A DNA stretch of 64,000 bases from Laetmonice hystrix (lineage: Eukaryota): contig OZ249444.1 in NCBI GenBank assembly GCA_965235115.1, forward strand, positions 18,228,001 through 18,292,000, in the 5' to 3' direction. How positions within the stretch are numbered: the stretch's first letter is position 1; the number at the start of each line of letters is the position of its first letter. A program made the position numbers and the translations under genes. Positions 12,612 through 24,786 of this stretch are shown here, piece after piece. The notes under the pieces were generated by a model, which worked only from the letters and a program-made list of their open reading frames with translations, did not search any database and was not told where the DNA came from.

Positions 12612-14285
12612 GAGTTCTCTCTCCCTCCATCCTCTCCACTGTCCTCTCCCAACCCATCATTCCAGAGTTCTCTCTCCCTCCATCCCCTCCACTGTCCTCT
12701 CCCAACCCATCATTCCAGAGTTCTCTCTCCCTCCATCCCCTCCACTGTCCTCTCCCAACCCATCATTCCAGAGTTCTCTCTCCCTCCATCCCCTCCACTG
12801 TCCTCTCCCAACCCATCATTCCAGAGTTCTCTCCCCTCCATCTCCTCCACTGTCCTCTCCCAACCAATCATTCCAGAGTTCTCTCCCCTCCATCTCCTCC
12901 ACTGTCCTCTCCCAACCCATCATTCCAGAGTTCTCTCTCCCTCCATCTCCTCCACTGTCCTCTACCAACCCATCATTCCAGAGTTCTCTCTCCCTCCATC
13001 CCCTCCACTGTCCTCTACCAACCCATCATTCCAGAGTTCTCTCTCCCTCCATCCCCTCCACTGTCCTCTCCCAACCCATCATTCCAGAGTTCTCTCTCCC
13101 TCCATCCCCTCCACTGTCCTCTCCCTACCCATCATTCCGGAGTTCTCTCTCCCTCCATCTCCCCCACTCTCCTCTCCCAACCCATCATTCCAGAGTTCTC
13201 TCTCCCCTCCATCCCCTCCACTGTCCTCTCCCAACCCATCATTCCAGAGTTCTCTCTCCCTCCATCCCATCCACTGTCCTCTCCCTACCCATCATTCCAG
13301 AGTTCTCTCTCCCTCCATCCCCTCCACTGTCCTCTCCCAACCCATCATTCCAGAGTTCTCTCTCCCTCCATCCCCTCCACTGTCCTCTCCCAACCCATCA
13401 TTCCAGAGTTCTCTCTCCCTCCATCCCATCCACTGTCCTCTCCCTACCCATCATTCCAGAGTTCTCTCTCCCTCCATCCCCTCCACTGTCCTCTCCCAAC
13501 CCATCATTCCAGAGTTCTCTCTCCCTCCATCCCCTCCACTGTCCTCTCCCAACCCATCATTCCAGAGTTCTCTCTCCCTCCATCTCCTCCACTCTCCTCT
13601 ACCAACCCATCATTCCAGCGTTCTCTCTCCCTCCATCTCCTCCACTGTCCTCTACCAACCCATCATTCCAGAGTTCTCTCTCCCTCCATCTTCTCCACTG
13701 TCCTCTCCCAACCCATCATTCCAGAGTTCTCTCTCCCTCCATCTCCTCCACTGTCCTCTCCCAACCCATCATTCCAGAGTTCTCTCTCCCTCCATCTCCT
13801 CCACTCTCCTCTACCAACCCATCATTTCAGAGTTCTCTCTCCCTCCATCTCCTCCACTGTCCTCTCCCAACCCATCATTCCAGAGTTCTCTCCCCCTCCA
13901 TCCCCTCCACTGTCCTCTCCCAACCCATCATTCCAGAGTTCTCTCTCCCTCCATCCCCTCCACTGTCCCCAACCCATCATTGCAGAGCTCTCTCTCCCTC
14001 CATCCCCTCCACTGTCCCCAACCCATCATTGCAGAGCTCTCTCTCCCTCCATCCCCTCCACTGTCCTCTCCCTACCCATCATTCCAGAGTTCTCTCTCCC
14101 TCCATCCCCTCCACTGTCCTCTCCCAACCCATCATTCCAGAGTTCTCTCTCCCTCCATCCCCTCTACTGTCCTCTCCCAACCCATCATTCCAGAGTTCTC
14201 TCTCCCTCCATCCCCTCCACTGTCCTCTCCCAATCCATCATTCCAGAGTTCTCTCTCCCTCCATCCCCTCCACTGTCCTCTCCCA
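12612..14285. repeat. 53-bp pyrimidine-rich minisatellite, about 31 copies
   Basis: Unit gagttctctctccctccatcccctccactgtcctctcccaacccatcattcca. gagt recurs at 12612 and 12665. Shortened variant units occur near 13965-14065. Confidence 0.98.
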
Positions 14286-14764
14286 GTCTGCTGACGCTAC
14301 CTTCACCTGGTGACCTGTCCATGCAGGCCGATTTCCCCCTAAGGTTCTTACTTTGATAGCATTAAGCTTTCCACCCGACGCCACCCCAGGATGACCCGAT
14401 ATTTTCTGCTCTTGACATCAAAGGGTTCTCACTGAGGTGTGCATATATACCCCTCACTGTGCATCATTCCAGGTGAACATCATCATCACCATGGTAACAC
14501 GCACAGCCATGCACTCCACTAACCATCCAACCCTATTACATATGGAAACCCACTTACACAGGTTAAAGGTCAATCACACCATGTGGAAGAGAAGGTAAGT
14601 TCACAAGGCGGACTTAGCACATCCCAACAGGTGGACAGCCAGGTCCGGGTTACAAAATCCCACACACGTGAAATCCACAAGGGTGTTTAATTACTCATGC
14701 ATGTAGCGACCCCCATACGCTGGATTAATAAAGAAAATAACTTGGGCATCCACCAATCACTTTG

Positions 14765-15011
14765 AACCGATTCAAGTGGTTAGGAACGTGTGGGTCAAGG
14801 GGCCGACTGATTGTTGTTGCTGTGGAGGGCAGGCGGGTGGAAATTTCATCCGAGCCACTGCGTGCTGGAGATGAATACAAAGTGCGGCGGTTCGATCGGC
14901 CACCGCTGGCCCCGGCACGTCTCCCGTCCTGCCTCTGTCCTCCATCCGCCATGTCAAACACATTCTGGACGCATGCATTTCTATACACATATCTACACGT
15001 GCCGCCATTTT
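14765..15011 (-). promoter_or_regulatory. Candidate transcription start or first exon with AAAATGGCGG (YY1-like) motif
   Basis: The minus strand has aaaATGGCGGc at 15001-15011 and gacATGGCGG at about 14945-14954. The latter opens a low-complexity frame MADGGQRQDGRRAGASGGRSNRR... in a GC-rich island. No strong donor was found. Confidence 0.3.
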
Positions 15012-15254
15012 ACTTTACTGATGCATTTGACCTTTACAGAACTTTGATGATTCCTTTTATAATATAGGTACTGGTGAAAGTAAAGCGTCATATCCGTTTC
15101 TGCTTTTTCAATTTAACATCTGCTAAATCTTTCAACCCTATATATTTTTCGAGGTATAGCGCAATTCATATTTGTACATTCTACGATCTTTAGACAATTA
15201 CATGAGGTAATTGAAAACCGTAGGAGTGGTAAGATTAGATATAGGGTTACTTAC

Positions 15255-15335
15255 AGCCGTGCAGGCGGGGTCCACGAAACACCTCGCGAAGGTAATACTA
15301 CTCTGGGAGTCCGGGTCATGGAGCGCACCGAGTTT
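15255..15335 (-). CDS. Candidate 81-nt symmetric coding exon, unidentified protein
   Basis: tgtctgtgtttcag|AAACTC...CACGGCT|gtaagt, with near-consensus sites at both ends. Phase 0 reads KLGALHDPDSQSSITFARCFVDPACTA; the phase-2 frame is also open. Confidence 0.45.
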
Positions 15336-15340
15336 CTGAA

Positions 15341-15665
15341 ACACAGACAGACATACAGACACATGAGTTCAATGGGACACAGACAGACATACAGACACAT
15401 GAGTTCAATGAGACACAGACAGACATACAGACACATGAGTTCAATGGGACACAGACAGACATACAGACACATGAGTTCAATGAGACACAGACAGACATAC
15501 AGACACATGAGTTCAATGAGACACAGACAGACATACAGACACATGAGTTCAATGAGACACAGACAGACATACAGACACATGAGTTCAATGAGACACAGAC
15601 AGACATACAGACACATGAGTTCAATGAGACACAGACAGACATACAGACACATGAGTTCAATGAGA
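15341..15665. repeat. 36-bp minisatellite, 9 copies
   Basis: Unit acacagacagacatacagacacatgagttcaatg(a/g)g. It explains the 12-aa repeat ORFs at 15251-15793. Confidence 0.98.
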
Positions 15666-17203
15666 CCCAGTCTACCGCCCGGCCGGTCGGTCTGTCGGTC
15701 GGCCAGGAGGCGTGGTGGCATGGGGCCAGCTTGGCACCCGGCGGGGGAAGTGTACGGGGGACAGTGAGGGATCCTTGGTCGGTACTTCATCATAACAAAC
15801 AGCCAGCTTGTCTCGGGCTTGGCAGCAGACGCTATATATTTTATTGAATGTCCTGCTACTTCTAAAAGGCAATTAAGAGATAAGACCTTCTTTATTATTT
15901 CTTTTTTGGGGTGTCGGAGTCACTAACACTCGCATCGCCCGTGGAGACTGCGGAATTCTGATGGGATAGATAAAGTTCTAACGATACGATCTGATTAAAC
16001 TAATTATCATGAATATATTTTTTGAAGCGATCAAATACTACATTCCTGATAGATTTAAATATTATAGTCAATATATCTGGATGGAGAGACCGCACAGAAC
16101 ACTATATAAAAACATCCAGTTAAAGCCTTGAATGCTTTCCTGCAAATATCCGTGGGTAAACGGTATGTTAGCCCAGGTTTCCAACGATCTATGTCTGCAC
16201 CCCTGTTAAAATATTGACCCGTGCAACGTTCGCCTCCACATCTATTGGACTCATACGAAGAAAACGGTGGTTTAAATTGCGAGATACAGAGGGTGTGTGG
16301 CTGCAGTAAGCGGGTGTGCTGGGGCCACAATCCTCACCCCCAACTCAATATCCCAACCCGTCTATCACACACACATCTGTTTTCTCCCAGAATAAGGAAA
16401 TTTCATGCAGAAAAGCACCAATAAAGAAGCTTGTGTTGAGCTGGTTTTGGCCGCGTGATGGCGCTGGCAAGGGCCTGTGGCTTATCAGCGCGCCCGTATC
16501 AGGGGGTCAGCGACAAGAAGGGGCAGGTGGGGGCAAACAATGAGCAGCTTGCCATACTGCCTTCACGCTGCCTTCACACTCAGGGTGTGGAGAGAAGTCG
16601 ATATAGCCTCCCCCTTCCCACCCCCTCAACAACCAGCTTCCCATATCTTCCCATTCCATGATAAGTCTTTAGGAATGCTGCTTAAGTCTGATCTTGGCTT
16701 GGATGAAAACAGTTTCCATTTAGTAATATCTGCACCCTGCTGGCCAAACGCTGAATTTTCATCCATTTCTCGCAGTGTCTGGGAATCCGTTGTCATTATG
16801 TGCCGTCCGAGTGAGTAGTGCATGAATTGGGAATGTTGGGGCATCCTATAGAATGGGTGGGTGGTGGACTGTTAAAACGCTGCAACAGATTGGCTAGACT
16901 GCCATATATGACAGCATTACACAACCGCGGGTTTACTTAATTAAATAGTACATATGTAAAATATCAACATACATACATAATCTATGGTATTTCTTAAACC
17001 GAAAACGGGACAAATTGTTAAAGACGTAACGCCAATATTTTCCATTTCGCACCTTTCTTTAGAAACAGTTCTGATTTTGGATACCGCAGAGAAGAGAGTG
17101 CCAATAACTGGTTCTAAATACCGGTACCATAATAATGGAGTCTGCGTCTGAGGGCAGCGGTTTCTGGTGCAGTTTACACACTTGGTGCACCAGTAGATGG
17201 ACG

Positions 17204-17495
17204 CTCACCGAGTCAAAGGTTTACAGTATTAGGAACGATTCCTTTAGGTTCTTCTTATATTATGTGCATGTAATAATTACTTTCTTATACATTAATGGTG
17301 AAGCAGTATTGTATATAACAGAGCCCGGACCCAGCCAGTTTGCCCTGGTTTATACCTGGTATAGGATTCGAATGATTTGCACGTCCGTCTATCTAAAGAC
17401 TGCAGTTCTCTAACCACACGTACATTGCACTAGGAGGTCACCATCTCCTGGTGTGAGGTCCACTGAGATCCTGTTAGAACCTTTGACTCGGTGAG
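17204..17495. mobile_element. 292-bp element bounded by perfect 18-bp inverted repeats (MITE-like)
   Basis: ctcaccgagtcaaaggtt (17204-17221) is the exact reverse complement of aacctttgactcggtgag (17478-17495). The interior is non-coding and no target-site duplication is evident. Confidence 0.55.
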
Positions 17496-17989
17496 GCCGA
17501 CCAGGCAGGGTTCTATCGATCCACGCCCTTTTAGTCTTATGTCACTCCTATACCTGTCCAGGCTTCACTAGTCAAGATTTAATCTCGGTGTCGAAGGAAA
17601 AATAAAAGCTGTCCGACTCTGCCAGACTGGTCAAGGAGACAAACAGGAAGAATCGATTAGCAAGGACGTGGAGGGAGGCTGCAAGTATCCTTGGGAGGTC
17701 CTTAAGCTCAGACGGCGCTCAACGAGTGGAAAATGTGGGCAGTTAAATATTTGATATCCTTTCTGCGAGCTCTGTAATGCACAGTTCACTGGTGGCAATG
17801 ACACGGATGATATTGGCGATATGCACTGATATTAAAGCGCAATGACTCGAATCTGGTGGCACTTTGCCACGCATGGCGACTTTACAAGGAAACTCAGAGA
17901 CCAATATGGTGGACTAACATCATCGATAGTGCGCACTACCCAATCTACAGACCCATGCTGACCTGGCCAATTTTATCTAGGCGCACAGA

Positions 17990-18360
17990 TAGGCCAGTGA
18001 TAGCCAAGAAATCACATACACCGCATTAGAGGATACTTTTCATGGGTGGGGCGAAAGCCAAGGAATCGCACCAGGGCTTGCCGAGGGAGAAACCGTATCA
18101 CATGCATTTCCTGTTATGGTATAGAATTAGCTTGCTGGGATGAGACAGATATGGATAGAGAAATATGGAGATGGCCAGATCAATGGAAATGCCCGAGTAA
18201 AGCCAATCCACGCATTGTGTAATGGACACCACGCCAACACAGGAAATAAAACTGTAAAGGGGCTTACACCGAGGCAACCCGACTACTGCATTCCATTGAC
18301 CAAAAGGAGCCTTCTCATTGCATTCTGAACACTTATGGCATCGCAATACCAAAACAGGTA
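17990..18360 (+). pseudogene. Possible heavily decayed non-LTR retrotransposon RT fragment
   Basis: Reading across frameshifts gives QIW...WPDQWK/ARVKPIH, resembling the P..WK.A.V.PI.K motif at the start of non-LTR RT domains. NCKG and ILNTYGI follow. Several stops and shifts must be assumed. Confidence 0.25.
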
Positions 18361-20001
18361 ACTGACTCCCTTCGGTGACCCCAGGCAAACTTTCCATTCT
18401 CGTCCCACGAGAATTTTCATGATTTAAAAGAAAATATTTTCTCGCGCATTCAACATAAAATTTTCGAACGCTACTAATCAGTCATCATGTCAATGAATCA
18501 TGATGGTCCCTCGGCGTCTCCCTATCTCAGGAGATGCTCAGCTAATCAAATGTGCCATCGCTGCAGTTATCTGATGAGACTTGCAGGACAATTATACTCT
18601 GAATTTTAAACTCGCGAAACAATCAAATAATCCTGTGCCAACGCATCCGTATAGCCTGTACGGTATGTTTAACGTTTGACTTTAATTTACCCAAACAGAC
18701 ATAAAAAAGAAAAAAAGAGAAAAAAGATGTATAACGAAATGTCTCCGTCAGCGTTTTTACAAAGACTATACTTCTACTGCATTCGAGGCTTTTTCCCCGT
18801 TGCATACCTCTTCGAGGTAAAACGAGCAAACAAATTTCACTTCAAAAGAACTCTACCGCCCTATCCATTTTATCTAGTGTCATCAATTGTGGCGGGCCGT
18901 GGCACCTGTGTGCTGATAATGACCGTTGGCGGCTCGTCGTATATAAACACCTAAGACGTAAAAGACAGGTGGGGCTGCATCCAGAGCATCAATGACAACA
19001 TTCAATCCACTCAGGTAAATACCTGCCCCCCAACTCGGAGGCACAACTCAATTTGCCTTGCTGTCTGGCCAAACATTGCTGGTGCACTTGGCAAGCGGCG
19101 GCCACCCAATCAGTCAGGAAAGGCATCCTCGATACATGTATTGATCGAGGACAATGAAGAGGGCTGGGCCTGTCGCCTTCACTAACTATACCGGGAAACT
19201 TTTCCTTTTCTTCTCAAACAATTATTGAAAGGGTTCCTTTTTGTTTCGCTCAGTACATACTCGGGAACTGTCCAAGTTTTGGTTAGTTTAGTTTCAAACG
19301 CTTTCAGTTTTTCCACCTTTTATAACTTTACTCTTTCTGTTTAGCATGACTTATGGTTTTTTCTAGTTTACCTATAGCATCACCGGTGCATTGTATGTAT
19401 CCCTGATGACCTTGAGTGGGCTCTAAAAACGTAGACTTTCAAATAGCAAGTCTCTATGTATAGACATCAGGTTAAAAAAACAATTTTCGCCTTTTCATCA
19501 ATGAAATATCATGGAGGTTGTTTGTAAACTCAGACCGGAGCGGAGTGCACACAGCCAGGGCGAGTTATTCATACGTGCGTGACCACCACGGTCCAGTAAA
19601 CACAAATATTGATATTCACCACAGGAGGCAAGCCCCAACAATCACACACCTGGACGGTGTGAACATAATGACCACGTCCAGGTGAAAATTGCTTTGATCT
19701 GATCAATTATTATCCTGGCCAAAAAGCTGTGAATGGTGTGCATCAAGGTGCGATAACTTTCCCCGGTAAAATAACAACCCCTCTGTTTGACGATCACACT
19801 TCTTCCCCTAAAACTAAATCTATGGATTAACATTCCCCTGCTCTACTATTAAAGTTCGTCTGTATATGTTTCACAGTTTTTATAACGGCACCTGACAGGA
19901 CACATGTTGGAATGTATAGCTATACTCGCAGTCACTCGGCACCTTGATACCCAGACTTAAACTCCTTTTAACTGGTCTAGTTCTGGTATGGTAGGATTTA
20001 A

Positions 20002-20341
20002 AGGTGCTATTCGTGAACAAAAATTCAATTTTTTTATTTTTAATTTTGTTGACGTTTATGTAATCCCACCTATCATGGAAATAGATTCACAACAAAGGAA
20101 ATCAAAATTTTTCATGGATAACGGCACAAATGGGGCTCTGTCAGAAGGCCTGTGGAGACCCTGACACGCCCCACCATAGGAAATGGCTCTATCTCGGTGC
20201 GCACCGAGATAGGTTTCAAATGCTGCACACAAACTAATAGAAGGTTTATCAGGCCAATGGTATCGGTAGGAATTTTTTCTAGTACTATGTGCACAATGTA
20301 TAATAGGAGAAATGCCATTCTGTGCGAGACGAATAGCACCT
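20002..20341. mobile_element. Non-autonomous Kolobok-like DNA transposon (MITE) with TTAA target duplication
   Basis: ttaa|aggtgctattcgt (20002-20014) pairs with acgaatagcacct|ttaa (20329-20341): a perfect 13-bp TIR with TTAA on both flanks. AG...CT termini plus a TTAA TSD fit Kolobok rather than piggyBac (CC...GG termini). Confidence 0.75.
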
Positions 20342-21356
20342 TTAAAACAAATCCAATCAGACAGACACGCATGAGATAGTCTGACACTTTCTCACTGTAT
20401 CAACCTTTAATATTTACTATTGCATGTTCTTAGATAAATTCTTGCCTTTCATAAGGCGGATGGAGACCAACAGAAAGTTTTGTACGCTAATATCAGAAGA
20501 GAAAAACTGGTAAGTTAAAAATCTAAATCCCCATTCATTTCTGGTGTGGTCAAACAATTTGCTGAAAACACTTTATGATGCGAGGCCAGCAAAATATGCA
20601 TTTGACCTTTAGGAAATTACTTGTTGGGAATATATTTCAAAGGATCTATCAACGGAAACCTTACGCGATCTCTTTATCACGACACGGAACATTACATCAA
20701 ACATTTCCATCTTTACTATTCCCCTGTCTAAAAAGACAAATTAATACAAAATAACGAAAGATATTTTCTTTCTGACGCAAAACTTGCAGTCTCACACAAT
20801 TTCATCGGGTGAGACTTGAATACAGATAATTCAAACAGACCTTGCTCTAGAAATCCAAGAAAGTAAAAAGGAAATGCCTGAGTGGCTGAAACTTGAATTA
20901 AGTCTACAATTGAAACTAAGCCAGTCTTACCAACCACTCCGTTCAAGGCCTTCCCCAAGCCATTTCACATCCATCTACTATGTTACCCAGGCCGAACCCC
21001 AACCAATCAACTTTGAGAGATCCTTCACTTAACCAACTCGCTTATATCTCGCCTTAGGATCTCTTTGAATACTTGGCGACGAACAAAAACTGTTGGTAGA
21101 GCTGAACTTAAGGCGAGTCGTGGAGGCATGTCAAACGAGCATCCCTCTGGCTTGACCCGCGTGTCTTCGGCTCCGACACAACCACGCAGTGATCTACCAC
21201 GAGTATCTAAGATCAACAGAGCAAAGAAAGTCGAGAGCTTTGCACCCGGAGGCCCTCGAAACGGAGCTGGTTTGTAGGATGGCGACCAAAGATTGACAGA
21301 TTGGATGGAGAAGGAAACTGTCTACATTCCTCAGCTTGTACGATTACAGAGAACCT

Positions 21357-21370
21357 GTTACCATGACGAC
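21357..21370. promoter_or_regulatory. RFX X-box-like motif
   Basis: gttaccatgacgac resembles the X-box consensus GTTNCCATGGNAAC. Confidence 0.25.
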
Positions 21371-23340
21371 CTTTGCCAGCCGTGGTCAGCCTGATACATC
21401 TAAAGAAAGATTACTTCTTTTATGTTCTTGAAAAGGGGCACTTAAAGTAAGTCTTCCAGCAGTGGTAAGCGTTTCGTGTTTTCGACCGACCTGAAAATTT
21501 CATATAACGTTTTTATGAAAACCCAATAATAGACAGGCTGTAAATATGACAATAAAATTTACTCTTCTATTAGAAGTGCTGTCACGTGCCGTGTAAAGGT
21601 GACAGATTTAGTTGGGAGAAAGAACACTCTAAGTTCAACCTTTTTTCATGAGAAAAATACAAAATTGGCGGAAGCCATTAGTTTGTGCCAAACCTGGCAG
21701 GCCGGCGGGAAAGCATCTATAGCAGGCCAATCATTCAATATCAACATGAACTGTCCTTTCGAGCTGAATAGACTATTAACAACCCTAGCTACCCGCCGGC
21801 ACAATTCAGGGCTCCGTGAAGCTCTGCTGTCTACAAACATTATCCCCTATGGCACCTTTCACATCAGGCTGCTGCTGCATGTAGCAACAATTACCTCTCT
21901 AATCATGCCTACAACTCTTCCCCTCTTTACTCCGCTGGCCCAGTCCCGCGTGCCACTCTCTCTGCCCTTCGGCTGTCTTTTAAACTTTACCTCTATCAAG
22001 TCATTGCCGCACGCCATGTTCTCACATAAAAACTACCGCCGCATCAGAGGACAGATTAACCTGGAAGTTCGACATCGCTTTCCAAATTTGTCGTTAAATC
22101 TGGCGACAAAGGGAGCTTAGATGTATTGAGGCGTCACCGAGTGGAGCTCGATAGTGGAACAACCTGAACAGAACTCGATGGAGTGGAGCTCTCTGAACGC
22201 ATTCAATTCTTATAAAGGTTGTACGTTGACCGGGACACTGTTAACCTTCATACATCATTGCCACAGTTGTGTTCGTTTCTTTCATAACGAACCACGCAAA
22301 CACTATAACTGAATGATATAAGAAATATCTCTGCGCAAGAGAAGACTAGAAGACATAAGTTTGGATTAAAACTTTACTTTCCCGTTTCATCGACAACTTT
22401 TGCGAAGTCGGGGATGTTACAAATTACATTGCTGTTTTGATTGGCATTATTGAATAAATAACTAACTCCATTTGTTTATTTCGTTAGTACTGTCTTAGAC
22501 TGGGATTAGGATTACGTCCAATACACCCTGTTCCCTTGTTCAAAGACAGATACAGGATTTTTATTGAAGAAACTTAACGGCAAAAAGTGATCAACAATCA
22601 ACGAGATATAGCACACCATGTCTACTCATTCAAACAACCACATCCATTCAGAGCGCCTCATAAATATCGATATTGAGAAAAGATACCATCTACAAGAAAC
22701 ACGGGATGATTAAATAAAAACTGTCAGAATGTTTTCTTCATCATTGAGATTTACAAAGGAGACCCACCGAGTTATAGAACTTCACATGCGAGCACCATCA
22801 TAGGACACTAAATGAATAGCATGAGAAGTGGTCATTTTTCACCAGACGTTTCATATAGACAACTTCTATTGGACATTCTCTGGCTCCTAAATCCATCACG
22901 ATCCCTTATAAGTGTACAGCGCCAGTGGCAGTAAATGAACATATAAAAGGGCGGCAATCTCTTGAAAGATATGAATTTATGGGAGGCTTGTTGCCTGCAC
23001 CATCTGAGAAACAGAAGTGGTGTTTGAACGGTGGTTTGGTGCGTGGAGCGGCGCGGGATGGAGGTGGTGGTGTATGTGGGAGTGATACGGTTGTCATGGA
23101 GGTGGTGCTGTTCAGGCAGAGGGGGGCAGTAAGTGGAAAGAATGTGAATGGACAAGCGGCGACGGCTGCGGGTTTCCATTGAGCATATGTTCAATAAACA
23201 TGGCATGACGGACGCTAAAAATGGGCTCTGTCAGCCGGCATCATGTGAAAGTGTTGACGAGAGGCCTCGGGTGCACGTCCGACCCGCTTACCGTGAAACG
23301 TTCACAACCACCAGGAGAACACAAGGGGAAACACTGGAGT

Positions 23341-23418
23341 ACACACGGACGTACTGGAGGAGCGGACACACGGACGTACTGGAGGAGCGGACACACGGAC
23401 GTACTGGAGGAGCGGACA
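23341..23418. repeat. 25-bp tandem repeat, 3 copies
   Basis: acacacggacgtactggaggagcgg x3, preceded by a partial actggagt. Confidence 0.95.
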
Positions 23419-24321
23419 CCTTCAAGTGGACCAATGATAACAGGAGGGGAATGGGAGACTGAGAAAACAAATGGAAGATGTCCGCACTGATAGGCATCCC
23501 TTCCCCGGATCACAAGACTCTCTGCAGAGATGAAAGAGAACGAGTTGACAGGGAAGGGCGATATCGTTTAAACCTACCTCCCAAGGACAGCTATGAAAAT
23601 AATATATGACCACCCAATACATCTATGTGGACGTCTGGGCTGCCTATAGAGTGAGGTGAAATATGGCGCTGTGGATGGCAGATCGTCACGCGTACATAGC
23701 TCGGAATCTTTTACTATACACCCAATGACCCAAGGCTCAAACTGCACCATCACATCATCGAGTGTGAAACCACTGATGCTTCACTAGAATCCTAATGAGA
23801 TCGATATGAAATGATAGATCATTTCCTACATCCGATGGGATGCTGTATTACTTGAAAAACATTGAGATTCCAAAGTACAAATCATCTGTTACATTCGTGT
23901 TAAATACTGCATCTCTTCAATGACAGGCATGTATGGTGCTGAGCTACACGCATACAATATGCCATGGTAATACAGAACTCTTGAAGTTTCGATCCTTCAA
24001 TTGATTTGACCGTGGTGGAAGGTGGTAATGATGGGTGCGTGGGTGGAGCATTCAATGTGGAAACGGTTTAATCCACTACACCGTGTTACACTGATTGTAA
24101 CATGCAATGGTAATATATAGAAGTTTCCCTCTTGATTTGCTGAGGTTGTGTCAATTAGGGCACTTGTCCTGAGCTACTTAAGGTCCGGCTGATCTACATA
24201 ATAGGACAAGGTCTAGACTGGACGGTTGGCACGGTAAGACAGCCGGACTCCACTCTGTCTGTATTTACATAGGGAATCTAGTTGATGCTTGGTTCCACAA
24301 TGAAGTGGACAGTATACTTAC

Positions 24322-24360
24322 ATCTTCAGGCTCACACAATATGATCAGTCTACTGAGTAA
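24322..24360 (-). other. Candidate 39-nt exon
   Basis: ctttgttttgtgcttcacaattggtag|TTACTCAGTAGACTGATCATATTGTGTGAGCCTGAAGAT|gtaagt. Only phase 0 is open (LLSRLIILCEPED). Confidence 0.3.
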
Positions 24361-24767
24361 CTACCAATTGTGAAGCACAAAACAAAGTGAAGGCAGCGAG
24401 AAATGTTCTTATCTGAGAATAATTACTTAAGAGGAGAAATTACAAATGTGTAATCGAGTATGCAATCACCAAACTTAATATAGATATCGTCTATTATCTA
24501 TAGTCGCTACTGATAATGTGTCCGCAATAAAAACTGAGCACCGCAGCAAGTAGTCGTCTTGCCAACTAATATCGCATTTGTTATCTCCGTACTGAGTGCA
24601 GTTCACCAATGAGACTATTTAGTCTCACTCTTTGTGCATAAAACTTGATATGATAGGGAGCATTGTACATAAATTTCAGTTAACGAGTCCTGAACGTGTA
24701 AGTCAGCAGTATATAATCTCACACCCTGGAGTCTCCAAGAATCTGCTGTGTAAGACATCTGTCTGTC

Positions 24768-24786
24768 TTTCTGTCTGTCTGTCTGA
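24768..24786. repeat. (TCTG)n microsatellite, interrupted
   Basis: tctgtctgtctttctgtctgtctgtctg spans this position. Confidence 0.8.

Noticed and set aside
12428-14356. Three overlapping ORFs of 562-642 aa
   Set aside because: They lie almost entirely within the 53-bp array. All three frames cycle through the same peptide because the unit is not a multiple of three and lacks stops.
15251-15793. 180-aa and 149-aa repeat ORFs
   Set aside because: They are driven by the 36-bp array. Only the 81-nt splice-bounded part is retained as a candidate.
17754-17762. ATATCCTTT U12-type donor-like motif (similar hits at 59218 and 61269)
   Set aside because: No upstream exon or matching U12 branch site was identified; isolated hits are expected by chance.
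21033-21446. 138-codon plus frame interrupted only by TGA (selenoprotein or alternative code?)
   Set aside because: A rough estimate from base composition gives several TAA/TAG-free runs this long by chance in six frames of 64 kb. I see no selenoprotein motif or SECIS.
23200-23234. Similarity to the MITE interior at 20113-20143 (aaatggg(g)ctctgtcag)
   Set aside because: The match is about 16 bp and does not extend.
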